Shown in pieces: positions 27,544-42,294 of a stretch of DNA of 64,000 nucleotides. The stretch is from NCBI GenBank assembly GCA_905331295.1, contig CAJNYD010000013.1:268763-332762 (forward strand), given 5' to 3'. The notes below the pieces were generated by a model. That model was not told the DNA's origin and ran no database searches. It saw only the letters and a list, made by a program, of their open reading frames with translations. Made by a program: the position numbers and the translations under genes. Source of the stretch: Rotaria socialis. Its lineage: Eukaryota. Each line of letters begins with the position of its first letter. The first letter of the stretch is position 1.

Positions 27544-30491
27544 CTAAGAAATTATAAGTAGAGATTTTCGAGGTGAATGAGTAAATTCTACGCTAGCTGA
27601 ACGTCGCAATGAAATAAGTGGAACTGATGACTGTTGTTGAGATGAGATTTGATGAGAATTTGGCATTAATTGTACTGGATTTGATTGGTTTTTCGATGTG
27701 GTTAATGGTTGTTGTAGACGATTGTTAACTAATGATAACGCTTCAAGTTTAATTGCTTTTTCTTTGGTTAATAATTCATCAGGAAATGATATTTTATTTT
27801 CTTTAGCTAACTGTCTTAAATCAAAATAATATTTTGCATAAATCGATGAGCCAACATTAACGTTAAATTGAAGTAATTGTATATATTCACGTTCTAACTC
27901 ATTCCTATGAATAAGAAATTTTCGACTAGGATCGATTGTTTTTTCCCTTCTATTCTACTTACATTTCACTGACAGTTATATCTCGAAGTATTTGACAAAA
28001 GTCAACATTCCATACTGCTTGATCATCCCATACTTTTGATGCTAACATAATGGCACCTATAAACAAACATAAGATTTGTTCTTCTTTATTAGACTTTTGC
28101 GAAATGAAATAAATCGAAACTAACCAAGTACCAGTCGTTTCCAATTCGATGGACATAAATCAAGTTCGCCGTAGCTTAAAACACGTTCGAGATAAACCTA
28201 AAATAAAATATATACTCAATCATTGGTATACAATAATCGACTACACATTATGAACATCCAACACAAAGAGTCAACATTTCAATCACAAACAGATTTGGTT
28301 ATCAACAGAATATTTTCTTTGCGAAACATTACACTCCGAAAGCGTCTATTGCGACTCGTTTTTGTGTACTTAAAAGAAAAAGAGTACACTATAGAATCGG
28401 TCAGTGTGTCCGCCAGTCCGTTTATTCGATAACTCTTCACAATTACATTCGATTGAGCTGAAATTTTGTGCACAGAATTGTCTCATCAATATCTAGGTCG
28501 AGTTCGAAGATGAGAAGGATCCGTCAAGAAATGGCGGAGTTATCGAAAAAATTGTCATTTTTGATCAGACCATCTCTGAGAAGGGGTACAGGGATTTTTC
28601 AAAGAAAACTTTTTTTTCTCAGAATTATCCACAACATATATGAATCGACTCAGTTTTTAACGCTGATTCTAAATCTGATATTAGTTTTGAACTAAATCGT
28701 AGCTTTCTAACGAAACATCGCCTGAAAAACGTCTCAAAATGCACAAAAACTGCATTCAAAAATCAAATTGCCTAGTTTCTCATGATAATTTTCGTGTTCA
28801 GACATTCTAGAATGACTCATATGTCCCATGCACTTTTTGCAGTACACATAACTCTCGGACGAAATCCGAAGTTTCCACATTTATTTTTTACTATAATCAG
28901 AAAGTAAAGCTTCAATAATGAAAATCTAATCATTTCAATATTAACTGCGCGTTTCTATCTTGCATTCGTCTCTATCAAGTTCTCACATTTACAAATCGAA
29001 ACGTCATTATTAGAAACAACTTTGGAACGCATAAACTATCTCGCTGAATATTTCCGAAAATCTTCTAAACACTATAGATAAGAACATTTTCCAAAAACAT
29101 AAGAGTACTATATTCGTAACTGAGGAACTCTTCACGAGCTTCTCTAGATGATCCCAACATTGAAATCTCCTAGAAGTTTTATCTAAATAGAATATCATGC
29201 AGCTAGCGGGTAAGAAAATTACCAGTGTGACAATTGCACATTCTGCAGTTAATTGTGCCGCTGTAAAAAGAATTCTCATAAATCGATAAATTGTTTTTTG
29301 TTCAGTCATTTGCTGGTCGTAATCATCAGGCACTGGATCTTTCTATAAGAAACAAAATAATACTATTTTCTTTTTTTTTTTTTAAATAAACTTACAGTTA
29401 AGGGATGGAGTTTTTCATCGAATATACTCATTGTTTTATTTGACTTACGATGTACTATATGTGAATGTATAGCAATACTAACGCACTTTATCATTGCTTT
29501 CCAATTCGGCTGTGACACAGTGGAATCGTCAACATAAATAGTTGAACAAGAATTCGAATGTTTTTGTAAAATATTTGCGATATCTCGTTGATTATTTGTT
29601 CGGCTCGATGTAATTGATGCTGATGAATTCAACGGTGGACGATGCAATCGTTCGTTTGGTACGCGTATAACATTATCATTCGGAGTTTTTAATGCTGGCT
29701 GTTGCTGTGGGGGTTCTTTTGGTTGATCTATAGAAAAAGTAAAAATAATACTGTTTTCTTATGCTTTGTGATTGATGAACTTACGAAGCATCGACGCGAA
29801 ATATGTTGATGTTGTTGGATTATCAGACGGCGCAAGTTCAACTTCAGTTTCTACAAAAACAAAAATAAAAGTTTTCTTAATACAATGAGAAAAAGCTGAA
29901 GATAAAATGTAGCTAATCGAAAGATTCTATCGACATATTAAACTCATCGGTTCACTTTTACTATCGAATCTAAGTCATTCGACTTTACTAAAACTCTAAT
30001 CTAACGCGCTACGGTATTTTTCGCACTATAGCACTTTCACGAGCATAACATTCATGATGGTTACACCTCCCCCAAGTTCCTATTACATAAAAAAATTTAT
30101 CTATAACATGGTAAAGGTTCGGCTACGTTTTTCTTTTACGTTAAACGCTGTTATCTATTTTCATATGATGTAACTTGAAATTCGTTGCCCCAGACGAAAA
30201 AAATCCTTAGTGTAAACGCGTTTCAAGCATTTTATGTATAATTTAAACGTACGATTTCCATATATTTCTGAAACATGAATTTTATTATCATAAGATACTG
30301 GCGAATTATCTGCGTCATTATATGGATAATTTGTGTCATTGTTACCACTACGTGTTGGCCCATAATCATTGCTCCTAGAAAGAAGGAAAAGATTTTTCAT
30401 TTTGGAATAATGGAATATTTCATTCTGTATACTTGTATTTCTTCGCTGTTTTGCAGCAACAAGGACAGCAAAGACTGGCGACGACACCCAT
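27544..30491 (-). CDS. CCNY: Cyclin Y
   Basis: [13 protein letters not shown] start, [112 protein letters not shown]. Confidence 0.98.
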
Positions 30492-31115
30492 CGATAAGCA
30501 TTTTATATGATATCGAAATGCCCAGAGGCCATAGTTTGAATTTCTTGCTTTTTTTCTGAAATAATAAGAGTAAATATGTCCACTGGATGCTAGTATGACT
30601 CAGATACTGATGGTGGATTGTTGAAGAAGAGACGAACCTCTCAGGGAAAAAAAAATCATTTTCTCTAAAATAAAATTATTTTATTAAAATATTTTTCTAG
30701 AAAGGAAAATTCAAACTATATTGTAATTATTGTATTTCAATTGAGTATAGATGTCGCTTGTTAAAACTAAGGTGAACTAATATTTAATTAATTATTTTTC
30801 TTGAAAGAAAAATATATTTAATTGATTTTCTTTTATATTGGAAAATAAATTATTGTTTCCAATATGATTGATGGATTATCTAGGATCGAACTCTAATCAA
30901 TATGACCTTGAGGAGTAATAAAAAAACGAGAAAAATGTCTGCACGTTTTGATTTGCATAGGGAATCAGATCAGATCCAGTTTTCTTTCATTCCTCTACCT
31001 ATCATAGTGTATGTGTGTGTTTTTTCTGACGTTGTTGCTATTATCAAAGCTTTATTTTTCTGCTTTTGTTAATAAAAAAAACAACTATTTCTAGAGATTT
31101 AAACAAAAGTCAATC

Positions 31116-31684
31116 ATGCACTTAACACTTGTTGTTCTCCTTGTATTGAGTAAGTAGAACAAGATTTTGAAGAGTAAATTTTTATAATTATTTTATTTTT
31201 ATGGATTAGTTCCATCAATAACAACTTTGAAATGTTATATATGTAATTCGAATGAAGATCCTAAATGTACAAGTACAAATGCAGATGATTTAGCAGCATT
31301 TGCAAGGGATTGTACCGTTCCTGTTGAACCATACTGTCGTACAATAACTCAAACAGGTAATACAAAAATAGTGACAAGAAGAAGATCATATTTCATTGTT
31401 ATTTATATTATAGTTAATACAGATAAAAGTATTGTCCGCACATGTGGTTCAAGAGTAACATCAAAAAGTTGTTATAAAACTGCTGGACTCAATAGTGTAA
31501 GATTGTTTCTATTAATTTCGACATGATATTTAATTTCATTTATCAAAAAATACATTAGGCCAATGTTTGTTCGTGTAATTCCGATCTTTGCAATAGTGCA
31601 CCAAAGTTCAATCAACCGCAACAAATAATGACGATTCTTTCGTCAATTATTGTTATGGCAACAGCGCTCATTATGCTCCGTTAA
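31116..31684 (+). CDS. Ly6/uPAR three-finger GPI-anchored protein (quiver/sleepless-like)
   Basis: 4 exons. Signal peptide, LKCYICNS..DPKC...YCR...VRTCG...CY...CSCNSDLCNSA, hydrophobic C-terminus. Confidence 0.9.
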
Positions 31685-33940
31685 GAATGAAACAAGCGAT
31701 TTTTCTACTATTTCGGTATTCATCCTAAGTCAATTGTGTATCCCTTATCTTAGTTTTATTTGAAAAACATCTAATAATCAAAAAAAATTTTTTTGTGCGC
31801 TGTAGTCAATTTTCAATGATTTATTTTCGTTCTTTTTTCTTGTCTTCCCGTTTTTTTTTACCAAACTGACATTTTTGTGTCTATGTGGTAGTTGTTGTGT
31901 GATGCTTTCTATTTTCGTGTTTGTATCATCGTTTATCCCAATAGTATAGAAAAGATTAAAAAAGAACGCACATATATATTGGTTTATAGCTTTATAGAAC
32001 ATCAAAAATAAAATAAATATTATACGAAAATTAATTTTTCTAAAATTATTCAATCAATAAAAACAATCGAGAATATCTCATAGCATTGAGAGACTGACCG
32101 AATATAATACAAGCTGCTTGAGCAAGTTTCTTTTTATAAAGAACATTTTCAAACTAAGTTTTTTATGATGCAAAAAAATGTAATTTTACAAGTACTTTTG
32201 TTTTTATTACATTTGTATAAAAAAGAAAGCAATAGAATAAATTCTAGTGCCAAATTAAGTTATAAGAAAAGTTCTAGTATATTCGATTTCAAGGTTATTG
32301 AAATTTTCAAGTAATGACAAACGAAGAAATATCAAAAGATTTAAAATCACATGAAGTCTAAAGGATCTTGATAATAAAATCATTGGTAAACGTATTACCG
32401 TTTACAATAGCTTGTTTGCTATCGATAAAAGCTTATCGGTAGTCTCTTATTTCAAATGAAAAAACAATTTGTTTTTTTAATTTTATTTATTAAGTTTGAT
32501 CGATAGGTAAATTATATGTACTTGTATTAAATAATCATGACCTTTCAAGCGCTCTGCGTATATATTGAAAATATTTCAAAAGAAATTAACGAGTACATAT
32601 TCAACTATGTGTGCGACGTATGAGTAAATGCAAAAAATTTTTCATAAGAAGCCGCAATAGAATACGATGAGATAAGAAGCAGTAATGCATAGTAATAAAT
32701 TTTGCGATAATAAATATATACGAAAGTCTATTGACAAAGAGAGTCAATCTGACAAGCGAACGATAATTCATAGTAGAAATAGAATACGATGATCTTCTAT
32801 GATAGAACGAAGATCAAATATCATAACTGGTTTGTATGACTCATGAGAATTTAAACATTAGATAATAAATTAACTATCAATTCAAAATTTTCAAACGGCA
32901 AAATCTTCAATTTATTGTGAACTGGAGATTTTGTTTATACGGATATAAATTATAGACACACATCAAATGACACTAATTTAATTATTATCTTGTCAATAGA
33001 ATAGAATAACTACTATTGAAAACTATTCATTTATTAATAGAACACATATTTCAATCCTATTAATCTGATACTAAACAAGAAGAAATTTATCAACAGTAAC
33101 AATCATGTCTTTTGTTTTATGATGGGAAGAAAACAAAGTCTAGCGGCTGTACACATGCAAAAAACAAAAAGCCTGAGTTAAAAACAAACAAACATGAATA
33201 GGAATGCATTCTCATCAGTGTGTAACACTTTTTTTTTGAAAATTTTATATGCATACAGTGCATACAAAAAGGATTAAACAAGATTTTATTTTCTCTAATC
33301 TAAACACTTGAAGAAATCTTTTCGAGTAGAAAAAAAATTATTTTCAACATTATGACTATCAGATACTCAACGATAGATTTTCTATTATTTAGAACGTTTA
33401 AATAAATTTTGTGTATACCAAATGGATTTATACAGGATTAAATTGGAATTTTCAGTATCAAAATCATTCGAGTACATGCTCGTTCTACAGATGCTGTTTG
33501 ATTTTCAGAATAAACCATTGAGGAATTCGTTTTGTCAACGGTAGGAACAAGATATGGGTAAGGATTGCAGAGAAAATCAAACGGAAATATATCTCATTGA
33601 GGATCTCTTTAATGCAACTGAGTAGAACTTTGATAATGTCGACTATCGCTAGCCGCATAAAGAATAAGGCACTATTGAATGTAGAGATGAGATTATTATT
33701 TACCTAGAGCATCATCTAGAAATTTATAAAACTTTAAATTCGCTAAAAAACTCTATCTTTAGAAATCTGATCATAACTGTAGTTTTTTTCTGTTGAAAAT
33801 AATTTTTTACTATTCGAATTTTTTAAGAAGACACATAATCTCACATTTAATAAATCATGTTGAATCATTTTAGTACCTACTGAGTATACAATTGCACATA
33901 TATGTATATATGAAAGACCAACATTTAGTTTTTAATTCTC

Positions 33941-35632
33941 TCAAGATTCAGTTTTCACTGTAGAATAGGGATGAAAATCATGACGTCGTTGTTGTTGTTG
34001 TTGTTGTTGTTGATGATGATGACGTATTTTTCCTCCATTGGTTATCGTTGGTGAATTTGTACGATACATGTGTGTACTAGCATGAACTTTCAAATTTCCT
34101 TTTGTTGTAAATGCTCGACCGCAGATCTAATAGAATAAATCAAGGAAAAAATCATAGATTCTAAACAACCTTAAACTTCAAATCTTACTTCACATTTATA
34201 GGGTTTTTCTCCTGTATGTGTTCGATTATGAATTTGTAAAGCTGAAGCTGATGAAAAACATTTTGAACAAATACTACAAACATGTTGTGAAATCGATGAT
34301 GAACGTTTTATGGGATTGGCTTCATCAACATTAATTTCGGTATCGTTTTTCTCGTCGCATGTTAATGAATTTACACTTTTAGTTTTTTGATTAAATGCTG
34401 CAGCTGCAGCTAGAAATGGGAAAAATTGTGGATTAAATAATGAAAACGATGAGATATTAACAAGTGGTTGATCTTCATCTTCATTGTTCTATAAAGAAAA
34501 AATTCATTTATAATACTAGGACGAAAAAAAACGTGAACCTGTGATTCATCATTGGAATCAGTCGTTGTTATATTTTCATCGGTTACTGAATTATTATCAT
34601 TTAAACGATGAATATTCATATGTGTTTTAAGATTTCCTTTTGTTGAAAATGCTCGTGCACATATTCGACATCGAAATGGACGTTCGCCTGTATGCGTACG
34701 ATAATGCATTTTAAGCGCACTTTGACATGATAATATACGTTTACAAACTACGCATTCATTTGAATCATTTTTATTGCTCGTTCGTTCAAGTTTTTCAATC
34801 ATATCTTTAAGCTAAATATGTAAGTAGTTAATTTTAGAATTAAAAACAAAATCCCAAACTTTAGACATATGAGGATTTTCTGGTTCGCCTTCATGAGATT
34901 CCATTTGAAATTCAATTAACGAGCCTGTTTGTTCTTCATCGGATTTTATTGATGTTGACGATAAATCAAGTGGCGAATCATAATTATCATCTTCATCCGA
35001 TGGTGATATTGGTGTTACTTCAAACAAAAACAGAAGATTTTAATTTACGAACGGAGAGTTGTGAATTCTATTTTACCGTCTTGTTGTTGCTGTTGTTGAT
35101 AGGTTTTCAATTGTTGTTGAAATTGTTTAATCATAAGTTTTTGTAAGCGCTGTTGTTCTTGAATAGCTGCTAATTGTAGTTGAAGTTGATTTAATTCTGA
35201 ATTAAGATTATTTGACATTCTAAAATAAAGAAAGTAAAAATCGTGATCGACGCGTAATGATTGATTATTTGATAAGAGAAAAAACAACAGCTGATCTCTG
35301 CGTTTTTGTTCTTTCTATATCATTGTGTCAATCCAATAGACCTATTGTCTTCTATTTTTCTTAGTAAATTAAAGTTCATCTTAGTGAAGGAAATATCGAC
35401 TTAATATTTTCCTAGAGATTGCGAAATTTTTTTCTGATGAAGAAATTTAAGAGACAACTACATAAGTAACTTCTATTCCAGTTCATGTAAAATTATAGTA
35501 AAAAAAAGAGAAGTAAAACTGCATTCTTTTCGTATTTTTTTTTAATTTTTGGAAGATGAAATATTGATATTATTCATAATGTTGTAATTATTTCATTTAT
35601 TCTATATTTCAATCAAATACTTACATATGCAT
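33941..35632 (-). CDS. Spalt-like (SALL) C2H2 zinc-finger transcription factor
   Basis: [46 protein letters not shown] and [45 protein letters not shown] (SAL box), plus an N-terminal Q-rich region. Start is either the ATG micro-exon at 35632 or ATG 35218. Confidence 0.92.
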
Positions 35633-36849
35633 TCTGATCTGAGCAAATGTTTGTCCCGCACTTCTATAACGTTGTATATATATATAGTACCCAAATCTAT
35701 CTTATTCCTAATGCATAAATTATATTCAATAAAAACATTGTTGACTCTTTTCTCTCTTTTTTGTTTCTTTTATCAATCTTCTCTATCTATGCACATATTA
35801 TTTTGATTGCGCATTATAGTCTCTAGAATAAGCATACAAATGGATGCATACAAAGAAACAATAATATCGATTCTCTGTCTCAAACAACTCGAACAAGTTT
35901 GTTTTCAATTAAAATATCAATACATATAAATGGACTTTTTTTTCGATAGAGAGAGAGAGAGAATAATAAGAAGAAATAGATAAAAGAAAACAAGAAAGAA
36001 GATTAATCAACATATGCAATATCTGTATATAGTTATTATACTCAGAACTTTTTGATTAGAATAATGAGAAAATTATTTACTGTCATATATATGTCTATTT
36101 TAAGCAAGTAACTATGAGCGTATTCTCTCTTCTCGTATATAGATATAGACATTTATGATTATGATATTACAATGAGATCGACAAAAAATGTTGCATAGAG
36201 GGAATGAGAAGAAAAAAAGAAGAAGGAAGATATAAAATATATATATATATATACATAATTCTGCATCATAATAATGCAAGAAGGATTGATATTGAAAAGA
36301 GAATAAACTCATAAAAAAAGTATAAATCAATCAAGATATGAGAGATTATCAATTTATTCTTATTTATTTAAAAATAAAATACTTCTTTTATTACATAAAT
36401 GAAAATTTTGAAAACGTACCATAGAGATTTCAATTTTATCTTACCTTGTTACGTGTAATAAAACTTATAGAGAGAAAAACAATGATATCTTCCTAGACTT
36501 ATATCAATATATTATATTAATACAATTATCAACCATGTAGTTATTGCTTTTTTAGCCAAAACGACTGCCCACGCGAGCTATAATCCAGAAGTATATGTTG
36601 CATGCACAAAACGCTAATAATGTTGATATAAGGCTTTATGAATTGATATATACAGATGCACGTAGAAAAGAAATTATATCTATATTTTGCCATGATATCT
36701 ACTATTAATATCTATATAAATGTCATCACTAACTTACTTTATTCATGAAATAAAATCTATTGAACGATTTGCTTTTCTTTAATCTTTACGAACATAGAAA
36801 TGTTAAGTAGTTGCATTTTAATGTATATATAAAATAAAAAGGAGGAGGC

Positions 36850-36850
<1 letters not shown>

Positions 36851-36880
<30 letters not shown>
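36851..36880. repeat. (CAT)10 microsatellite
   Basis: Read directly from the sequence. Confidence 0.9.
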
Positions 36881-37593
36881 GATCAAATAGAAAAATGAGG
36901 GATAAACGAAATAAAATGTTCAGTAGCTTTATCAAAAAGATTAACATACTTGTGCACATTGTTTGAAAAGAGAATAAAAAAATTTTTGCTTGTTAAAAAT
37001 GCACGCATTCATTTCATATGTTAAGAAGGCTTTAAAAAGACCATCATATAGACAATCATCAACATTTATAATTATATTCTTAGAACGTATTTACGAAAAA
37101 GAAGAACGTCAAATCTATTGATACTCAATATTAATTTGCAGTGAAATATTGGTAATAGACAATTCTTTTTTTTTTAGCACATAGTTACACATGAATATGA
37201 ATAAATGCAAAACGAAATTTGACAATCTATGTATTCAATCATATGATCCCTTGCTTTTTTATTTTGCTTTACATTGTTATGTATTGACATTCGTCTTTAT
37301 TCAGCTTATTTATCTGCAATTTTGCGACAAACGATAGAAAGCAAAAAGAAGAAATTTGGCAACGTCTTTCGTATTGCACAAAAATCTGCGATACGTATCA
37401 TGCAATCGTGTAAATAAAAACGCGTGAAATATTTTTTTTTCAAAACTCATTGACTCTATGTAAAATATTAGAAAAAGAGAGAAGCACAAACAGAAAGAAA
37501 AAGAAATTAAAGTGTTCTCGAATACAATAGTTCTCTTTTTTCTGCCATTGTCGTTTTCCATTCTGTTGCACTTGTTACCTACTGTTACTACTC

Positions 37594-40107
37594 ATGACGG
37601 CAACAAAAAATGACATTCAACGATTGATTGAATGTTGTATTTGCTGTGATTATCTTACCGATGTACGTGAAACTCCTTGTTGTCATCAATTATTTTGTTA
37701 TTCATGTATACAATCGTGGCTTAAAAAACCAACAAAAAATTGTCCACGCTGTCGATCAACAACATTGACAGAACAGAGCCTATTAAAAAATATTGTCGTA
37801 CAACGGTTTGTTGACAATCTTCAATTCGATTGTCCGAACGCACTACAAGGTTGTTCATTGAAAATTTCAAGATGCGACTTAGTGAAACATAAACGCTTGT
37901 GTCTTTATTCGCCTGAAAAACTTGCTAATAAACAGCGACTAAAACTAGACGAATCACGATCTTTATTATTGCGCTTTAAAGAAGGCAAAACGTTTATTAC
38001 CGATAAAGTTTTATTTGATTTAGCAAAATTATTCTACGATGAACATGATTGTAATAGCGCACGAGAATGTTTGCAAATGATTAAAGATCAAGATAATTCA
38101 CAAGAGCTAATTATACTTCAAGCAAAAATCGAACAAGACACAAATCACTATGATAAAGCTTTAGAATTATATTCGAAAGCTTATACCTTAGTTAAATCTA
38201 ATTCACAACGTATTGAACTACTTTCTGCTAAAGGACACTTACTATCGAAAAAAGGTCAATACGAACAAGCTAAAGATGCGTTTTCGCAAGCGTTAGATTT
38301 ATTGCCATCAGATGATGATTCACATATGAAAGCTGAAATTCTTAATGCTCTTGGACTAATCGCTAAAAAATGTTCAGATGTAAGTAGAAAACAACAACAA
38401 CAAACGAAAAAATGTAATTTTCTGATTTCTACTTGGATGTCAAGTATGATCAAGCAATATCAACTTACGATGAAGCGCTTAGGATTGTTGATCATAATTC
38501 AAAATTATGGTCAGATATTATTTCTAATCTTGCTGGTAGATATTTTCTTCCAACTTGTATTTATTGAATAGTAACATTTACTGTTTTTTAAAATCAATAG
38601 ATATTCATCGTAAGAAAGGTAATTATAATGAAGCACGAGAACTTTACTTGAAATCTCTCAAACAAGCTGAAGCACTCTATGGACCAAATCATCCGTCGAT
38701 AGCTGATATTATGAACAATCTTGGTATATTATATAAAAAAGAAGGCAAATATACAGAAGCATTAGATTATCTTAAGCAAGCATTAAAATTTTCAAAACAC
38801 CATTATGGACAACAACACCCAACGATTGGAATATATCTTACTAATGTTGGCGATATTTATCGAAAAGTAAAAACAAAATCTTACCGGAAGAGTATTCAAA
38901 CTTAGATTTTGTCTATAAGTCATTTACTAGAATCTTCGTAAAGGGCTGCCTTTTTTCAGTCAAATTAAAAGTTTTACCTAAAAATTTCGAACCAACGAAA
39001 TCTCAATGTTGATCTGAAAAATTCTAGATAAATCATCGGTCAGATATGAACACTCTTAACATGTGCATGAATATTATAACATTCCCGTCGGAAAAAAAGA
39101 AACGTCTCTGTAAGCTGACATTGAGTAGATGATTCATCTAGAAATGCTAAAGGTTTACGTAGCGTAGGTAAAATTTTAGTACGAAAAATTACCTGGAAAA
39201 TTTTATGTTTTGTTTTTAGCAAGGCGACTTCAAAACAGCTGAAGCAACATATAAAGAAGCTTTAACTTGTTTAGAACAAGCCTATGGAAAAAATCATATA
39301 GAAGTAGCCGAAGTGCTTAACTCAATGGGTTTAGTGTTAAAGAAACGAGCTGATTATGATGGCGCCGAACAACATTATAAACGTGCAATTGAAATAGTCT
39401 ACGATACGTTTGGTCACGATCAAGAACATTATAAATTAGGTATTTATAATAATAATTTAGCTGATCTCGATCGTAAACGAAATAAATTCGATGATGCATT
39501 ACGACTTTATCAACGTGCATTAACTTCGATTGAAAAAACACTTGGTCCACAACATTCGGAAGCGGCAGACATTTTACATAACATTGGTCAAGTTCAACAT
39601 CAACTAGGTTTATTATTATTTAAATTTTGCACTTCATTGTTTTTCTTTCTATTAGGTAATTATAAAGAAGCTATTGATTATATAAATCGTGCACTAATGA
39701 TTATCAAACGAGAATTTGATGATAAACATTATAAATATGGCATGTATCTTAATTCTCTTGGTCTTGCCTATGCAATGATGAATGATTATAAAATAGCTTA
39801 TATACATTTAAAGCAAGCGTTACAGATACTTTTAAACACATTAGGTTCGGATCATATTGAAGTATGCGATGTTTACTCGAGTTTAGGTGATATTTGTATG
39901 AAATTCGTCGTTGAAATTGATCAACAAAAGCAAAAACGTCAAGGTGAACAACAAGCAAAACTAGACGAAGCAAAAGCCTATTATTTAGATGCACAACGAA
40001 TTGTACAAGCAACATTCGGCAATGAACATACCAAAGCGATACAATTTTCATCACTTTTATTTATTGTTAATAATTATAGTTCATTATCTAAAATTGAAAT
40101 CAATTAA
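37594..40107 (+). CDS. RING finger + TRAF-type zinc finger + TPR-repeat protein
   Basis: C3HC4 RING (CCICCDYL..PCCHQLFCYSCI..CPRC), CPNALQGC..HKRLC TRAF-like finger, then about 10 TPRs of the kinesin-light-chain/NPHP3 type (YGPNHPSIADIMNNLG). 5 exons. Confidence 0.9.
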
Positions 40108-41458
40108 TCTGCTGATATTTCTTCATGGACTTCTTCTTTTTTTACTCTGTGTTGCGTTAATCATAATCTCAAACTCATATTAAATAATACTTTTCAGTAA
40201 AAAAACTTGCACATGTGTTCTTGCAACAGGCCATAATAGACATCTAAGCAATAAGTTCCGTCACTCATCGAAATGGCATTGTTTATATACAATGACAGAC
40301 TGTATATCAATAATGTTGTGTTTCTAAAGTATAAATTACGTCCGTCTGACGTTTCTGAAGGACTAAATAGAAGAAGAAATGTATCTGAAAATAGATTGAA
40401 TATAAAAGAAAAACTATCACCGTATTTTACACCAGCAGCGACATCTTACATCAAAGGGTAGATTTTTAGTTTATGATCATTAGCTTAGTATATGATATGG
40501 GATCACGATTGAAGATTGTGTTTTAGGAACATTGATTTAATATTGATGTATTAAAAGCTATGGTCGCTTGATTTTCAAGCCATTAAAAGAAAGTTTTATT
40601 TTGTTATTTGGAATATTCTATTCTTTATTATAATTATTTCATTATCTATGAGAAACATCAATTGATACTATTATGATAAAGCGAATAAAATGTTACATCA
40701 TAGGAACGAATTGAAATTAAAATTCGAATTGACTATTTGACTCCTGCAAAAAAAAACACCTATAATTAATCATAATGAGAAACTGGAGACACACATTCGA
40801 ATCCAAGTCTTGATTTCAAACTCTGTATAACTTAACTCGTATTTCATTAATTATTAAGTAAATTTTCTGATGTTATCACAAATATTTGAATGTACACAAG
40901 TTACCAGAAGGTGGCCTACTTCCGCTACTTCACGAAAATCAATTTTTTTCCCAAGTAATGATTGTTAGGTTCGTTTTTTGTTTTATAACGAACATGTTCA
41001 TAGAGGGAAGTTAAAAGTAAAATTCACTGTGTAAAAGTTGTCTTAGACGAGATATGCATCGTTCCATTCGTCAGCTGAGCTTTCTTGTTTTTTTGCATTT
41101 TCATCTATACTTTTTTATTCTCTGTCATATGTTGAATTTCATTTAAAAGAAAAAGTCATATTGTTTTTAATCTTCAATCAATTATTAGTAGAAACTCAAT
41201 ACTAGAATTATTAATGCAAACACAAAACATTTTTTTCTGGCAATTTATTTTACTTTCAACTAAAACAATTTGTATTTCAGCGAGAGCAATAGAAAAAAAA
41301 ACTAGACAACGAAATTCTCTACGGCATGAATTAATTTTAGCAGTAGAAACAAAATCAATAATTTAATAAATAAGTTTTATTTTTTAAAAGAAGAAAAAAG
41401 AAATTAGGCGAAATAGGCACATTAAAAATAAAATCTCGCTTTTTATTTCTTATAATTA

Positions 41459-41770
41459 TCAATGGTTTTTAATCATTAAAGCAATTGAAGTCATTCCAAT
41501 GACAATTAATAATGACGAAAATAATTGTTGAGTACCGGAACATCTCGCTACTGTGAGTCCTGCAGGAGCATCCTTTGGCGGGCAGAATCTATGAAATTTG
41601 TCGATGCAGAGTTCGACTGTGCATGTTCGATTAGTACATTCAAATACATCGTAAGAATCGATTAGTGTAGTTCTACAGCCAGGTAATACACAACAATAAC
41701 ATGAACAACGTTGGGCGAATGTTAATTGTATACCCAAAAGGAAAACAAGGAGTATCGTTAAGACACGCAT
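41459..41770 (-). CDS. Small secreted Cys-rich protein, probably GPI-anchored
   Basis: Single exon. Signal peptide, CSCYCC..C..C..C..C..C..C, hydrophobic C-terminal tail. Confidence 0.8.
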   Translation of the reverse strand: MRVLTILLVFLLGIQLTFAQRCSCYCCVLPGCRTTLIDSYDVFECTNRTCTVELCIDKFHRFCPPKDAPAGLTVARCSGTQQLFSSLLIVIGMTSIALMIKNH

Positions 41771-42294
41771 GGTATCAGTACGTCAAATGGCAATAAATGA
41801 TCGAAGTCGATAACTGAAAAGGGATATATATGCTTTCATTTTTTTAGCTTACTACTCTTTTTTTCTTGGTAATTTGATTCCGTTTCATATTCTCCAAAAC
41901 TATTTTGGCCATTTTTCAATGAAAATAAATAACATGTTTTCGAATAGTGGCAACGGCAGCAGTGACTTTGACGATTCATTATATATGGGACTTGAGTTTT
42001 CGTCAGTTAGCAAATATGAAAATTAATATTGTTGTTGAATCACATAATGATTTTTATGTTTTGATATTTAAATTTTTTCTCTTTTGTCAATCATTTTAGT
42101 TAATCAGATACTCCAAAATGTATATTTACAGAGGATATTTCATGTACACAGGTGAAAATATTTAATTATCAATGAGTCAAGTAAAGAAAAAGATTAGTCT
42201 CCTATGTATCCTAGCAAAGATTAAAATTTTCATTGGCATCATTTTTCCTTCGATCGATTTATTTATCATAGGAATAATCATTTGATTTCAAAGT

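Noticed and set aside
28370..29200. TE-like sequence in the long cyclin Y intron
   Set aside because: No TIR or TSD pair could be identified by eye.
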